From Vicinamibacteria bacterium (GTDB lineage: Bacteria; Acidobacteriota; Vicinamibacteria; Marinacidobacterales; Marinacidobacteraceae): a stretch of 64,000 bases of DNA. The stretch covers positions 3,264,001 through 3,328,000 of the forward strand of contig CAXXLQ010000004.1 in assembly GCA_963668695.2 (NCBI GenBank), in the 5' to 3' direction. The notes beneath the pieces were generated by a model. It ran no database searches. It saw only the letters and a program-made list of their open reading frames with translations, and was not told the DNA's origin. Made by a program: the position numbers and the translations under genes. This document shows positions 1-10,050 of this stretch, in pieces; within the stretch, counting starts at the first letter, position 1, and each line of letters starts with the position of its first letter.

Positions 1-84
1 GAGGGCCGCGGCCGGTTCATTGCTGCCGGCTTTCAAGGGACGCAGGCGGGGTAACGCTACGCTAGCCACCGGCGCGGGGAACAC

Positions 85-399
85 ATGCCAGAGATCACGC
101 TGCGGGCGAATTTCCACCGGGAGCGCGACCAGTGGATCGGATGGTGTCCTGACCTCGATGTGACCACCCAGGGCGACACGCGACGGGAAGCCGAAGAGAA
201 CTTGCGGGAAGCGGTGAGTCTCTTCCTCGAAACGTGTCAGGAGATGGGGACCTTGGAAGATGTGTTGCGCGAGGCCAAGCTGTTCCCTGGGCTGTTCCCT
301 GGGCTGTTCCCCCTACCCGAGGTGAAAATCTTCCGGATTCCCTCGCCCTTGCTCGTGGAATCCCGGAAGGACTCCCGTGCCTCGGCTCCAACCGCTTAG
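85..399 (+). CDS. hicB: HicB family antitoxin
   Basis: WIGWCPDLDVTTQGDTRREAEENLREAVSLFLE is the HicB N-terminal motif; a hicA-like remnant follows. Confidence 0.85.
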   Translation: MPEITLRANFHRERDQWIGWCPDLDVTTQGDTRREAEENLREAVSLFLETCQEMGTLEDVLREAKLFPGLFPGLFPLPEVKIFRIPSPLLVESRKDSRASAPTA

Positions 400-891
400 T
401 TAGCAGCCTGTGGTGGAACCCGGGTGAGCGCCGAGGCTGGCCAGTTCTCCCGGTGGGGGCGAGGCCCAGTTCTCCCGGTGGGGCCAGTCCTCCCGGTGGG
501 GGCCCGGCTGACAAGGCGCGTGAGGGAGGAGCCCCCACCGGGAGAACTGGCCCGGGTGTATTTCGACCGAAACGCAACGATGAGCGGCGCGCAGCGACGC
601 GGTTCAGCCGGGATGGATCGCCGGCCGAGCCCCCACCGGGAGAACTGGGCCGCGCGGGTTTCACCACAGGCTGCTAGGGTCGAGATCCTCATCAAGGTCT
701 TCGAGGCCGACGGATGAGTGCGGTCCAGACAGAAGGGTTCGCACCTGAGCATGACCAAACCGGGTCACAAGCGTCCGGTAGTCGTCATCACGAGCAAGAA
801 GGAAGCGGAGGTCTGGCTGATCCGGACGAATCTGAGAACGGCCGGAATGAGCCGGGATAGGTACTTCGCGCTTCTGGAACAAGTTCGCTGA
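377..891 (+). pseudogene. hicA: HicA family toxin, disrupted by a MITE and an in-frame stop
   Basis: Joining the MITE flanks gives MPRLQPL-RVEILIKVFEADG*VRSRQKGSHLSMTKPG...LRTAGMSRDRYFALLEQVR, with the HicA RQKGSH motif. TGA at 715-717. Confidence 0.8.
403..674 (+). mobile_element. MITE copy carrying 5 short oligo insertions
   Basis: Terminal inverted repeats GCAGCCTGTGGTG...CACCACAGGCTGC flanked by TA; about 10 related copies in the window. Confidence 0.85.
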
Positions 892-954
892 GGACCGCGT
901 CGCAGCCGACCCGACGAAGGCCGAGCCGCCCGTCGCGCTGGGACAATCGGCCGC

Positions 955-1683
955 ATGAGCCGTCATTCAGTCCGGCGCCATCTGCGCGTCGAGGTCAGCG
1001 CCTACGACGAGGCGATTCGGCGTTTCATCCCGGGGTACGAGGCGATGCTCGACGTCGCCGCCGCCGAGATCGCGCGCGTGGAGCCGCGACGCGTCCTTGA
1101 CCTCGGCGGCGGCACCGGCGCCCTCTCGGAGGCAATCCTCCTCGTGGCGCCGCATGCCGTGGTCGAGTTGATCGACGTGGACCGCGACATGCTGGCGAGG
1201 GCGCGGGAGCGCCTCGCCCGTTTCGGCGCTCGGGCACGCTTTCACGAGGCGTCTTTCGACGATCCCCTTCCGGAGGCCGACGCCGTCGCCGCCTCGCTCG
1301 CACTCCACCACGTCCCCACGATGCACGAGAAGCAGCGGCTCTTCGTTCGGATTCACGACTGCCTCCGCCCGGGCGGCGTCTTCGTGAATGCCGACGCCAC
1401 GATGCCGACGGATCCCGGGCCCCGCCAGGCCACCTGGCGCGCCTGGACCGCCCATCTCGTGTCCTGCGGGATTTCGGAGGAGCGCGCGTACCGGCACTTC
1501 GCCGAATGGCAGGAGGAGGACACCTACTTTCCGCCCGAAGAGGAGGCTGCGGCGATGTGCAGCGCCGGCTTCGAGGTGGCGGCGGTGTGGAGTGAGCGCC
1601 CGATGGTGGTCGCGGTCGGGAGTCGGCCCGTCCAGCGTCCGAGCAACGTCCGCGCCGGCGTCGCTGTCACGAACGCCAGGTAA
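955..1683 (+). CDS. Class I SAM-dependent methyltransferase
   Basis: VLDLGGGTG motif I, SLALHH and LRPGGVFV motifs. Confidence 0.85.
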   Translation: MSRHSVRRHLRVEVSAYDEAIRRFIPGYEAMLDVAAAEIARVEPRRVLDLGGGTGALSEAILLVAPHAVVELIDVDRDMLARARERLARFGARARFHEASFDDPLPEADAVAASLALHHVPTMHEKQRLFVRIHDCLRPGGVFVNADATMPTDPGPRQATWRAWTAHLVSCGISEERAYRHFAEWQEEDTYFPPEEEAAAMCSAGFEVAAVWSERPMVVAVGSRPVQRPSNVRAGVAVTNAR

Positions 1684-1784
1684 CTCCCCACCGCGCAGCC
1701 GGCCAGCGCCAACGCGCTACCGGCAGCAGCCTGGCCGCGTCGCCGCGGGCGAAGGCGTGCTGCGCCCGGAAACCCGCGGCGCGG

Positions 1785-2207
1785 TCAGGGGTTGTCGAGG
1801 TGCCGTACAAAAGCCGCCGGACTGAGGATCGGGATCCCGGCGAACCCGGCCATTGCCAGAAGATCCTGATCGCCGCTCACCAGGACATCCGCCTTTCCCA
1901 TTTGCGCCGTCTCAAGCATTTTGTCGTCGTCGGGGTCGCGGCATCCCATCCGAGACCCCGCGATCCAGATCCATTCCGACACCGCCCGAAGCCGCGCCAG
2001 GAAAGCTGCTCTCATCATCCGGCTTGCGTAAGGATCGAACTTCGCCTTGAGCAAACGGGTCCGAAGTTCGTCAAACGTCTCGTCCGAAAACAACAAGACC
2101 CCGCTCCGGCGAGCGACCGCATCCATTGCGGAACGCGGCGGACCCTGCGGCCAGAGTGCCGCGCCGATCAAACCGTTGGTGTCGAGAACAACCCGCTCAG
2201 CTCTCAT
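1785..2207 (-). CDS. PIN domain toxin
   Basis: VVLDTN...CRDPDDDKML...LVSGDQDLL; overlaps the antitoxin gene. Confidence 0.9.
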   Translation of the reverse strand: MRAERVVLDTNGLIGAALWPQGPPRSAMDAVARRSGVLLFSDETFDELRTRLLKAKFDPYASRMMRAAFLARLRAVSEWIWIAGSRMGCRDPDDDKMLETAQMGKADVLVSGDQDLLAMAGFAGIPILSPAAFVRHLDNP

Positions 2208-2448
2208 CTGCGAGGAGCTCGCTCAAAACGGCCGGCGTAAGCGCGTTGGCGGAGGCTTCCTCGCCGATGGCATCCATCGTCGCTGCAAGACGCTCCCAAG
2301 CGGCGCCGCGAAGGCGCTCGTACTGCTCAATGGACATCACGACGCTGACCCCGCGACCCCTCCGGGTCAGCAGGACGGGCGCCCGTTGGGAAGCATCCAA
2401 CAGGTGTCCGAATCGGTTCTTGGCATCACGAGCCGCGATCTCTTTCAT
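2197..2448 (-). CDS. Phd/YefM antitoxin
   Basis: MKEIAARDAKNRFGHLLD...PVLLTRRGR. Confidence 0.9.
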   Translation of the reverse strand: MKEIAARDAKNRFGHLLDASQRAPVLLTRRGRGVSVVMSIEQYERLRGAAWERLAATMDAIGEEASANALTPAVLSELLADES

Positions 2449-2615
2449 GTGGCCATAATAGCTATTAGAGCCAACTCACTACCAACGAGACCGGCGGTCA
2501 ACGGGAAAGCCACACCGGCCCAGGAAGGCGGCTTCGGGGCATGCTCCGAGTCGTTGAGTTCGGTCGGTGAGTTCAGTCGGGGAGCTTGGTCGAGCCCCGT
2601 GACGCAATCGCCCCC

Positions 2616-3749
2616 TCACCCCCCGAGCATCGTCCGCGCCAGCGTCCCCATCCCGAACCCGAGGTAGTTCCCCACCGCGTAACCGGCGAGCGCGACCGCG
2701 ATCCCGGGGAGCAGCTTGTCGCCGTAGCCGCGGGCCGAGGCGATCGCCACCGCCGAGGCGGCGCCTCCGATGTTCGCCTGGGAGGCCACCACCAGGGTGC
2801 CCGCGTCGAACTTGAGCAACCGCCCGACGCCGAAGATCACGAGCCCGTGGATCGCCACCGTGGTGAGGGCGAACAGGAAAAGCGCCGGCCCCGCGGCAAG
2901 CATCTCGGAGACCAGCGACTGCGCCCCGTTCCCGGCGAGGAACAGGTAGAGGAGCGAGTTGCCGAGCACCGGCGCGCCCCTGAGTTTCCGGACGGGCGCG
3001 GTGTGGCCGAGGACGAGCGCGATGGTGGTCAGCCAAAGGACCGCCGGAATCGCCGGCACCGCCGCTTCGGCGAGCCGCGCGGTCACCATCGCCCCCAGGG
3101 TGATCGCGGCGAGCCCGAAAAAGTCCATCATCCGGAGGCTCTCGCCGCTCTCCTTGAGCCGCTGCTCGAGTGTCAGCGGCGCGTCGCCGGGCCGGACCGG
3201 ATCGAGCTCCTTCCCGCCGTAGAGAAGCGCGGGGACGATGAGGCAGGTCGCGAGCCAGGCGACGGTCACGATCACGTCCGCGGCCACCGCCGCCGACATG
3301 ACGTTCGGGTCGGTGCCGAAGGCGCTCGCGAGCGCGTAGAAGTTGGCTCCGCCGCCGATATAGGTCCCGGTGAACTGACCGGTCAGCTTCCAGGCCTCGC
3401 CGCCCACCGAGCCGGAGAGCAGGAAAAACGCCACCAGCGTTCCCAGCATGGTGCCGAGCGCTCCGAGCCCGAAAGCCCCGAGCATGCTCTTCCCCGCGTC
3501 CCGAATCGTCCGCAGGTCCACGTTCAGCAGGACCAGCACGATCGCGGCGTTCACCCAGATATTGCCGAGCTGGTAGTAGGCCTCCGCGTCTCCGGGGAGG
3601 AGCCCCGAATTCGAGAGCACCATGCCGAAGACGAGGCACATGAGCCCGGCGCTCATGGCCCGGAAGAAGCGGTAGCGCCCTTCGAGCCAGACCGCGAGGA
3701 ACACCGCGGCGGCGAGCGCCAGGAAAATGCCGAAGGGATCCTGGATCAC
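2616..3749 (-). CDS. DUF819-family multi-pass membrane protein
   Basis: Many TM segments; GTYIGGGANF and ASQANIGG motifs. Confidence 0.8.
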   Translation of the reverse strand: MIQDPFGIFLALAAAVFLAVWLEGRYRFFRAMSAGLMCLVFGMVLSNSGLLPGDAEAYYQLGNIWVNAAIVLVLLNVDLRTIRDAGKSMLGAFGLGALGTMLGTLVAFFLLSGSVGGEAWKLTGQFTGTYIGGGANFYALASAFGTDPNVMSAAVAADVIVTVAWLATCLIVPALLYGGKELDPVRPGDAPLTLEQRLKESGESLRMMDFFGLAAITLGAMVTARLAEAAVPAIPAVLWLTTIALVLGHTAPVRKLRGAPVLGNSLLYLFLAGNGAQSLVSEMLAAGPALFLFALTTVAIHGLVIFGVGRLLKFDAGTLVVASQANIGGAASAVAIASARGYGDKLLPGIAVALAGYAVGNYLGFGMGTLARTMLGG

Positions 3750-3808
3750 GGCGGTCAGTTCTCCCGGTGGGGGCCCTTTCCCGCGGTCAGCGCCCGGCTT
3801 TCCCGCTC

Positions 3809-3900
3809 AGCGGACCCAATTCAGCGGACCCAGTTCAGCGGGCCCAATTCAACGGGCCCAATTCAACGGGCCCAATTCAGCGGACCCAAGTTCAGCGGAT
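3809..3900. repeat. 14-bp tandem repeat, about 6 units
   Basis: TTCA(G/A)CGG(A/G)CCCAA units that reiterate the stop-codon end of the FAH gene. Confidence 0.8.
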
Positions 3901-5004
3901 CCATTCCGCCCACTCGCGCACCGGGTTCACGAGCGTCCCGATGCCCTCGGCCCAGCAGGCGGCGGTGTCGCCGGGTTTCATGAAAATGGGTGGAGTCCGG
4001 GCGTAGCCCACCCCGCCCGGGGTCCCGGTGGCGATCACGTCGCCCGGCCGGAGGATTAGGTTGTGGGAGGCGAACTGGATCAGTTCCGGGATCTGGTGCT
4101 CCATCAGGCTGGTGTTGGCGTCTTGCATGATCTCCCCGGAGAGCGTGAAGCGGATGTCCAGGACGTGGGGGTCCGCGACGAACTCGGCCGGAGTGATGAA
4201 GGGGCCGAGGGGAGCGAAGGTCTCGGTGGACTTCCACACCAGCCAGTCGGAGCCGTAGCGGTCGTCCCCCCGTCCCTCACGGTCTCCCACGTCGTTCATC
4301 ATGGTGTAGCCGAAGATGTGGGCGCCGGCGTCCCCGGCCTCCACGTCGCTCGCGGGCTGGCCGATCACCACCGCCAGCTCGCATTCCCAGTCCACCATCT
4401 CCCGCTGGGGCTTCATCAGGATCGGCTCGCCGTGGCCGATGACGATGCTGCCCGGCTTCATGAACAGGTAGGGGTTCTGGCGGCGGTCCCCTTCCTCGCG
4501 CTCCCAGAAATGGTCCATCGAGACCTGGGTCTCGTCGAGCGCCGAGGCGTCCGACATGCCGGCGGGCGCGCCGGTGGTCATCTCCGTTCCGTGCGCCGGG
4601 TAGTTGAGGGCGGTGGCGAGGATGAGCCCGGGGCGCACCGGAGGAAACACATGGAGCCCCTCGAGGTCGTGGAGCCACCGCGGCCGCTCGTCCGCGGGGC
4701 CGTCGAGCAGCGGGACCACCTGGTCCACGATGGCGTGCACCCGGTCCCGCATGCCGATCGCCCAGCGGCCCGCCAGTTCCTTCATGTCCTCGGGCATCGG
4801 GAGCCGCACCCAGAGCCGGTTATGCCGCTCGAGGGAGGCGTTGGCCCCGGCGAGGTCCACCGCGTAGGCGTCGCGGAGGACGATCCCCAGGAAGGACTCT
4901 CCCCGATCTTCGAAGCTTCCGAGCCGGAACGGCTCGACCGAAGCGGCGGCCGGAGCGGCCAGCAGCACGGCGGCGGCGAGCGCAAGGACGGAGCCTCTGA
5001 TCAC
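3892..5004 (-). CDS. Fumarylacetoacetate hydrolase family protein with signal peptide
   Basis: DWECELAVVIG, GYTMMNDV, GDVIATGTPGGVG. Confidence 0.9.
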   Translation of the reverse strand: MIRGSVLALAAAVLLAAPAAASVEPFRLGSFEDRGESFLGIVLRDAYAVDLAGANASLERHNRLWVRLPMPEDMKELAGRWAIGMRDRVHAIVDQVVPLLDGPADERPRWLHDLEGLHVFPPVRPGLILATALNYPAHGTEMTTGAPAGMSDASALDETQVSMDHFWEREEGDRRQNPYLFMKPGSIVIGHGEPILMKPQREMVDWECELAVVIGQPASDVEAGDAGAHIFGYTMMNDVGDREGRGDDRYGSDWLVWKSTETFAPLGPFITPAEFVADPHVLDIRFTLSGEIMQDANTSLMEHQIPELIQFASHNLILRPGDVIATGTPGGVGYARTPPIFMKPGDTAACWAEGIGTLVNPVREWAEWIR

Positions 5005-5081
5005 GGCGCCGGAGTATGCCAGAGGGAACGCCGGCCAGTCCTCCCGGTGGGGGCCTTCGAGCGCGCTCGAACGCCGCGTTA

Positions 5082-5298
5082 ACAGCCCGTAGCGAAACCC
5101 ACGCGGCGTTCGAGCGGCGATGCATCCCGGCTGAACCGCCCCCCCACCGGGAGAACTGGCGCTTTGCGGCGCTCGGCGTTGCGTTTCGGTCGAATTGCAC
5201 TCGGGCCAGTTCTCCCGGTGGGGGCTCCTCCCTCGCGCGCCTTGTCAGCCGGGCGTCTCGCCCGTCTCGGCGCTCACCCGGGTTCCACCACAGGCTGT
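5082..5298 (-). mobile_element. MITE copy
   Basis: Same family as 403-674, in reverse orientation. Confidence 0.8.
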
Positions 5299-5445
5299 CA
5301 AGCAACGACGGTGGCGCCATGCACGAACGAATGCACGAACTTTGGATAGGCTCCGGTGCCGAAACGAAGACAGCTCAGTGGCGGAGTCCATCGAGAGAAG
5401 CGACGGCGCCACGCTGCGGGACGGGACACCAGGAGTTCGGGAGCA

Positions 5446-6687
5446 ATGACGATCGGGACAACCACCCGTGCGGTCGCCGCAGCGGCGGTGTGTACCGCGA
5501 TCCTCTCCGGGTGCGGGGGCGAAGGGAGCAGCCCGCTGTCCGCCTCGATGGATTCGCCGCCTCCCTTGCCGCTCGGCACCGGCGCCGAGATGTGCACGAA
5601 CGGCAGCGCCGGCGACTTCCGTTGTGACGGCATCTCGCTGCACAGCCGGGTGGCGCTCGACGTGATGGGCGGAAGGACCGGCAACGACATCTGGGGCTGG
5701 TCCGATGCGCAGACCGGCCAGGAGGTCGCCCTGATGGGTATGAACAACGGCACTGCCTTCGTCGACGTCTCCGACCCGGAGAATCCGGTCTTCCTCGGGC
5801 GGCTGCCGACCCAGACCGAGGAGTCCTTCTGGCGGGACGTCAAGGTCTATCGGGACCATGCGTACATCGTCGCGGACGACGCCGGCGCCCACGGCATGCA
5901 GGTGTTCGATCTGACGCGCCTGAGGGGGCTGTCGGCGGCCGAGACATTCGACGCCGACGTCGTCTACACCGAATTCGGGAATGCGCACAACCTGGCGATC
6001 AACGAGGAGACGGGCTTCGCCTACGCCATGGGGTCCGATACCTGCGAAAGGGGTCTGCACATCATCGACATCCAAACGCCCGACGATCCGCAATTCCGGG
6101 CCTGTCACGACGCGGCCCCGACGCACGACACCCAGTGCGTCGTCTACCGGGGGCCCGACGCCGAGCATCTCGATCGGGAGATATGCGTCAGCTCCAACGA
6201 AGATCATCTCGAAGTGGTGGACGTCACCGACAAGTCCGCTCCGCTGATCCTGTCCTCAACCACGTATCAGATGTTTGGCTTCGTCCATCAGGGGTGGCTG
6301 ACCGAGGACCACCGGTTCTTCCTCCTGGGGGATGAAGGGGACGAGCTCAGCTTCGGCGTGCGCACGCGCACGCACGTGTTCGACGTATCGGACCTGGATG
6401 CCCCGGTATACCTCTACCCGCACGAATCGGATACCCGCTCGACCGATCACAATCTGTACGTGCTGGGCGACCGCGTGTTCCAGGCCAACTACACCTCGGG
6501 ATTGAGAGTGCTGGAGCTGGGCGATCCGGCAGACCGGGAGTTGCAGGAGATCGCCTTCTTCGACACGTATCCCCAAGGCGACAGCGTCGGGTTCGCCGGC
6601 GCCTGGAGCGTGTATCCGTATCTGCCGTCGGGGACGATCATCGTCAGCGACATCTACAACGGGCTGTTCGTCCTTTCGATGCAGTAG
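5446..6687 (+). CDS. Choice-of-anchor B / LVIVD-repeat lipoprotein
   Basis: Lipobox ILSGC; NDIWGW, WRDVKVY, AHNLAINEETG, GAWSVYPYLPSG. ATG 5446 chosen after an RBS. Confidence 0.8.
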   Translation: MTIGTTTRAVAAAAVCTAILSGCGGEGSSPLSASMDSPPPLPLGTGAEMCTNGSAGDFRCDGISLHSRVALDVMGGRTGNDIWGWSDAQTGQEVALMGMNNGTAFVDVSDPENPVFLGRLPTQTEESFWRDVKVYRDHAYIVADDAGAHGMQVFDLTRLRGLSAAETFDADVVYTEFGNAHNLAINEETGFAYAMGSDTCERGLHIIDIQTPDDPQFRACHDAAPTHDTQCVVYRGPDAEHLDREICVSSNEDHLEVVDVTDKSAPLILSSTTYQMFGFVHQGWLTEDHRFFLLGDEGDELSFGVRTRTHVFDVSDLDAPVYLYPHESDTRSTDHNLYVLGDRVFQANYTSGLRVLELGDPADRELQEIAFFDTYPQGDSVGFAGAWSVYPYLPSGTIIVSDIYNGLFVLSMQ

Positions 6688-6966
6688 GCGCCGAAGCCGC
6701 TACCGGCGACCGAACACTGGCGGGCGCGCTTCCACCCTTCGGCTGGACCGCCGGCGCGGAGGAGAGCAGGATCGCGGCGTATCGACATGAACGCGACGGG
6801 CGGCGGATACGGCCCTCCCGCGGCGCGCCGGCGGGAACGCCGAGCCGGTCCTCGGGCGGGGGGGCCTCCAACTCAGACCGGCATCGCCGCCCGGAGGGCG
6901 ACAAAACCGCCGCCCCCCAATCTCCCCAATCCCCCGAAATCAATCTCCCCGAAAACGCTCCCCGCC

Positions 6967-8673
6967 TCAGGGCCTGAGGTCCAGAACCGGATCTTTCTCG
7001 CCCGTCAGCTCCCAGCGCACCAGGGTGATCGGGAGCACTCCCGCGGCGTAGAAGCGGTCGAAGAAGTCCTTCACGGTAAACGCGTCCCCCTCCATGAGCG
7101 CCACCTCGGCCAGGAGCGCCTCGATCTGGAGCTTGCCGACCACGTAGCTGGTCCCGTAGCCGGGCTGGCGCAGGTAGAGGTGCTGTTCGCCCCGCACCAG
7201 CGCTCCCTCGGTCAACCAGCCGCGCGGCGTCCAGCGCATCGCGTATTCCACCGCATCCTCCATGTCGAAGTCGCCGCCGTGGAGGTGGAGGCCGCTGAGG
7301 GCGCGGGCGGCGCGCTGGGCGAGCAGGATCCAGGTGAGTTCCCGCTCGCGCGGGGCGCCTTCGATCAGGCCCAGATGCATGAACATCTCCTCGACCCCGG
7401 TGGCGAGCCCCTCCGAGCGCACCGCGAAGATGTTGGAGAGCGAGGGCACCGCCCGGATGGGGCTCAGATGGGGCGCGTCCCGCATCGTCGCCAGTTCGAT
7501 CCAGTGGTGCATGTGGGGCCGGAAGGCGTCCGGGCCGCGGTAGTTGACCTCGCTGAAGAAGTTCCTGAGGTCGTCCGGGTTCTCGAGCGGCTGGAAGGTT
7601 CCGTTCACCGCCCGGAGCGCCGGATCCATGAAGTCCTCGATGCTCTGCACCTCCTCCCGCTCCAGAAACGCCAGGTAGTTGTCGACCGATTCGTTGAGGC
7701 GCCGGTCGAACTCCTCCGCCGATGCGATCCGCTCGAGTTCGGGGAGCGCCCGGTTCCGGTTCTCCTCGAGCCGGAGCGAGGAGTGCGAACGGGCCAGTTC
7801 CCGCTCGAGCAGCGTCACCGTCTCCTCCCACGACCAGGGCAGCAGGTGGACGTGGCGCATCAGCCAGGTGTAGTTGTCGGCGCCGACCCCGGAGGGTCCG
7901 GTCTTCCCGTCCGCTTCGGCCTCCAGAAAGGCGCGGAAGTCCTCGCTGGCGGCGTGGGCGGCCGCCACCGCGGCGTCGAGGTCCGCGCTCGTGCCGGCAA
8001 CCCGTTCACCGAAGGCCGTCAGATCGGCCGCCTGGTTCCGGAAGGCGCGGAGTCCCGCCAGCCAGAGATCCCGGGCGTTCGAGGCCGCCAGGTTTTCCTT
8101 CGCCTGCGCCAGGAGGCCGGGGATGGCCCCGATCCGCGCCGCCAGTTCACCGGCGTCGGTCGGGGACAGCGGGTAGTCGTAGGTCCACAGATCGATGAAT
8201 CCGTGGATCACCGCCCCCTCGTGGGCCGGGACGTCGCTCTGGGCGGCGAAGATCGTGACGTAGAAGGCCGGGTCCCGGGCCCACGGCCGCCGAACCCGGT
8301 GATCGAAGTCGAGCCCGTTCATCTCGGCGCGCACCAGCTGCCAGTCGATCTGCTCGGAAACCGGCCAACTCCCGGGAGCGAGGCCGTCCAGGCGGGCGCG
8401 CCAGTCGGGCAGTTCGGCGTGCTGGCGGGCCATGGCCTCCGCGCCGTAATCCGGGACGGCGTCCCGGAACTCGGGCGCTTCGAAGTCCCGCCACTCCCCG
8501 AAGAGGGCGACCAGGTCGGCGTGGGCGCCCGGCTCTGCCGCCGCAGGCGGCGGCTCGGCTCCGCACCCGGCGAGCGTCAGGCCGGCGGTCAGGGCGGCGG
8601 TCAGGGCGGCTCCCGGGGCGAGCAGCGGCAGCGGGGAAGAAAACGTGGATGACGGGGCGTACGGAGCGTTCAT
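6967..8673 (-). CDS. DUF885-family lipoprotein
   Basis: LAGC lipobox; RPWARDPAFY, SEGLAT, YLRQPGYGTSYVVGK. Confidence 0.75.
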   Translation of the reverse strand: MNAPYAPSSTFSSPLPLLAPGAALTAALTAGLTLAGCGAEPPPAAAEPGAHADLVALFGEWRDFEAPEFRDAVPDYGAEAMARQHAELPDWRARLDGLAPGSWPVSEQIDWQLVRAEMNGLDFDHRVRRPWARDPAFYVTIFAAQSDVPAHEGAVIHGFIDLWTYDYPLSPTDAGELAARIGAIPGLLAQAKENLAASNARDLWLAGLRAFRNQAADLTAFGERVAGTSADLDAAVAAAHAASEDFRAFLEAEADGKTGPSGVGADNYTWLMRHVHLLPWSWEETVTLLERELARSHSSLRLEENRNRALPELERIASAEEFDRRLNESVDNYLAFLEREEVQSIEDFMDPALRAVNGTFQPLENPDDLRNFFSEVNYRGPDAFRPHMHHWIELATMRDAPHLSPIRAVPSLSNIFAVRSEGLATGVEEMFMHLGLIEGAPRERELTWILLAQRAARALSGLHLHGGDFDMEDAVEYAMRWTPRGWLTEGALVRGEQHLYLRQPGYGTSYVVGKLQIEALLAEVALMEGDAFTVKDFFDRFYAAGVLPITLVRWELTGEKDPVLDLRP

Positions 8674-8828
8674 GGCGGGCCTCCCACCAGGGTGTGGACA
8701 AGTTGGCGCGAGCGCCGAGGCCCTCACCGGGCGGTTGAACCCGCGATCGTACGCGCCCTTTGGGCCGCCGAAAAATGGCCGCCGGAAAACGGGCGCCGGA
8801 AAACGGGCGCCGGAAAACGGTAGGACGA

Positions 8829-9971
8829 CTACCGGAGCGAGGACAGCAGGCGCAGGAAGCGCTCGATGTCCTCACGGTTGTGGTAGTGCCCGATCGACAC
8901 CCGTACCACGCCGTCTTCCGGGTTCACGCCGAGCGCCTCGAGGGTGGCCGCCGATCCGAGATCTCCGACGCCCACCTGGACTCCGGCGTCCCGGATCGCG
9001 GAACCCAGTTCCCGGGCGCCGCCTCCGTCCACGGTGAAGCTGAAGGTGGGGATCCGGTAGGCCGCCCGCCGCGGGTCGTCCTCGCCGAGCAGCGAAATCC
9101 CCTTGATGCGCGACAGGCCCCGGAGCATGAGACGGCTGAGGATGCGCTCTTCCTGACGAATGCTCTGCATTCCCTTCCGCATCGGTTCCCGCCGTCCATA
9201 GCGCTCGGAGGGAGGGGCCACGAGGGCGTTCGGCGCGTCGCCGAGCCGCTCCGCGTAGGACACCGCCCGCGCCAGCCCCGCCAGGATGTTCGGCGAAACG
9301 GCGCCGTTCGTGGATTCCTCCGCCACCGAACCCAACTCGCGAGCCCAGAGCGTCGCGCCGCGGGCTCCGAACAGTTCGTCGCCGTTCGCGATGACCGCGT
9401 CGCAGCGGAGATTCCGGATGTCGAGCGAACCGTGGGCCACGAAGTGGCTCGCCTCGGTGACGAGCACCGCATCCGTCCCCGCGAGGAGTTGCGTTACCGG
9501 GATGACCTCGTTGAGCGAGCCGGTCACCGGACACGCCTTGGTGAGCAGCACCAGCCGGGTCCGTTCGTCGAGCAGCGCCTCGAGGTCGCGAACCAGAACC
9601 CGCCCGAGGCGGCGCGGCCGCCAGTCGGACACCTCGACGCCGTCCGGGAGCGCGCTTCGCCAGACCGCCCCGCGATCGTCCGGCTCCGAGGCGGAGAGCA
9701 CCACCTTGTCACCCTCCCGCAGTCCGACGCTCGCAACCAGCCGCCGCACCAGCGTCTCGTAGGTCTCTCCGACGGCGATCTGATCTTCCGCCCAGTCCGC
9801 GTTCGAGTTCCAAAACCACGCCAGATCGGACCGCAGGTTCGCTTCCGCCGACGCATCGGCGCCCACCGGCCGCGGCCGCAGGGCGCGAGGCGCACCCATG
9901 GTGTCGAAATCAAGGCGATCGCCCCCGGGCGGGATGAACGATTCGGCGACGACTGAGAGAGGTAGATGCAT
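8829..9971 (-). CDS. Class V aminotransferase / cysteine desulfurase-like protein with degenerate PLP site
   Basis: RIPTFSF and GVVRVSIGHYHNREDIERF C-terminus; the PLP lysine position reads ANGDELFG. Confidence 0.7.
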   Translation of the reverse strand: MHLPLSVVAESFIPPGGDRLDFDTMGAPRALRPRPVGADASAEANLRSDLAWFWNSNADWAEDQIAVGETYETLVRRLVASVGLREGDKVVLSASEPDDRGAVWRSALPDGVEVSDWRPRRLGRVLVRDLEALLDERTRLVLLTKACPVTGSLNEVIPVTQLLAGTDAVLVTEASHFVAHGSLDIRNLRCDAVIANGDELFGARGATLWARELGSVAEESTNGAVSPNILAGLARAVSYAERLGDAPNALVAPPSERYGRREPMRKGMQSIRQEERILSRLMLRGLSRIKGISLLGEDDPRRAAYRIPTFSFTVDGGGARELGSAIRDAGVQVGVGDLGSAATLEALGVNPEDGVVRVSIGHYHNREDIERFLRLLSSLR

Positions 9972-10050
9972 GGGCGGAAACGAGTTCTCCCGGGGACGGA
10001 TGCGGGATCCCGCTTAGGATACGCGCCGAGAGCGATTTACGAGAGATCCG

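Noticed and set aside
95-717. Recurring peptides such as QFSRWG, PVLPVG and PHRENW in many ORFs
   Set aside because: They are translations of the oligo and the MITE, not protein motifs.
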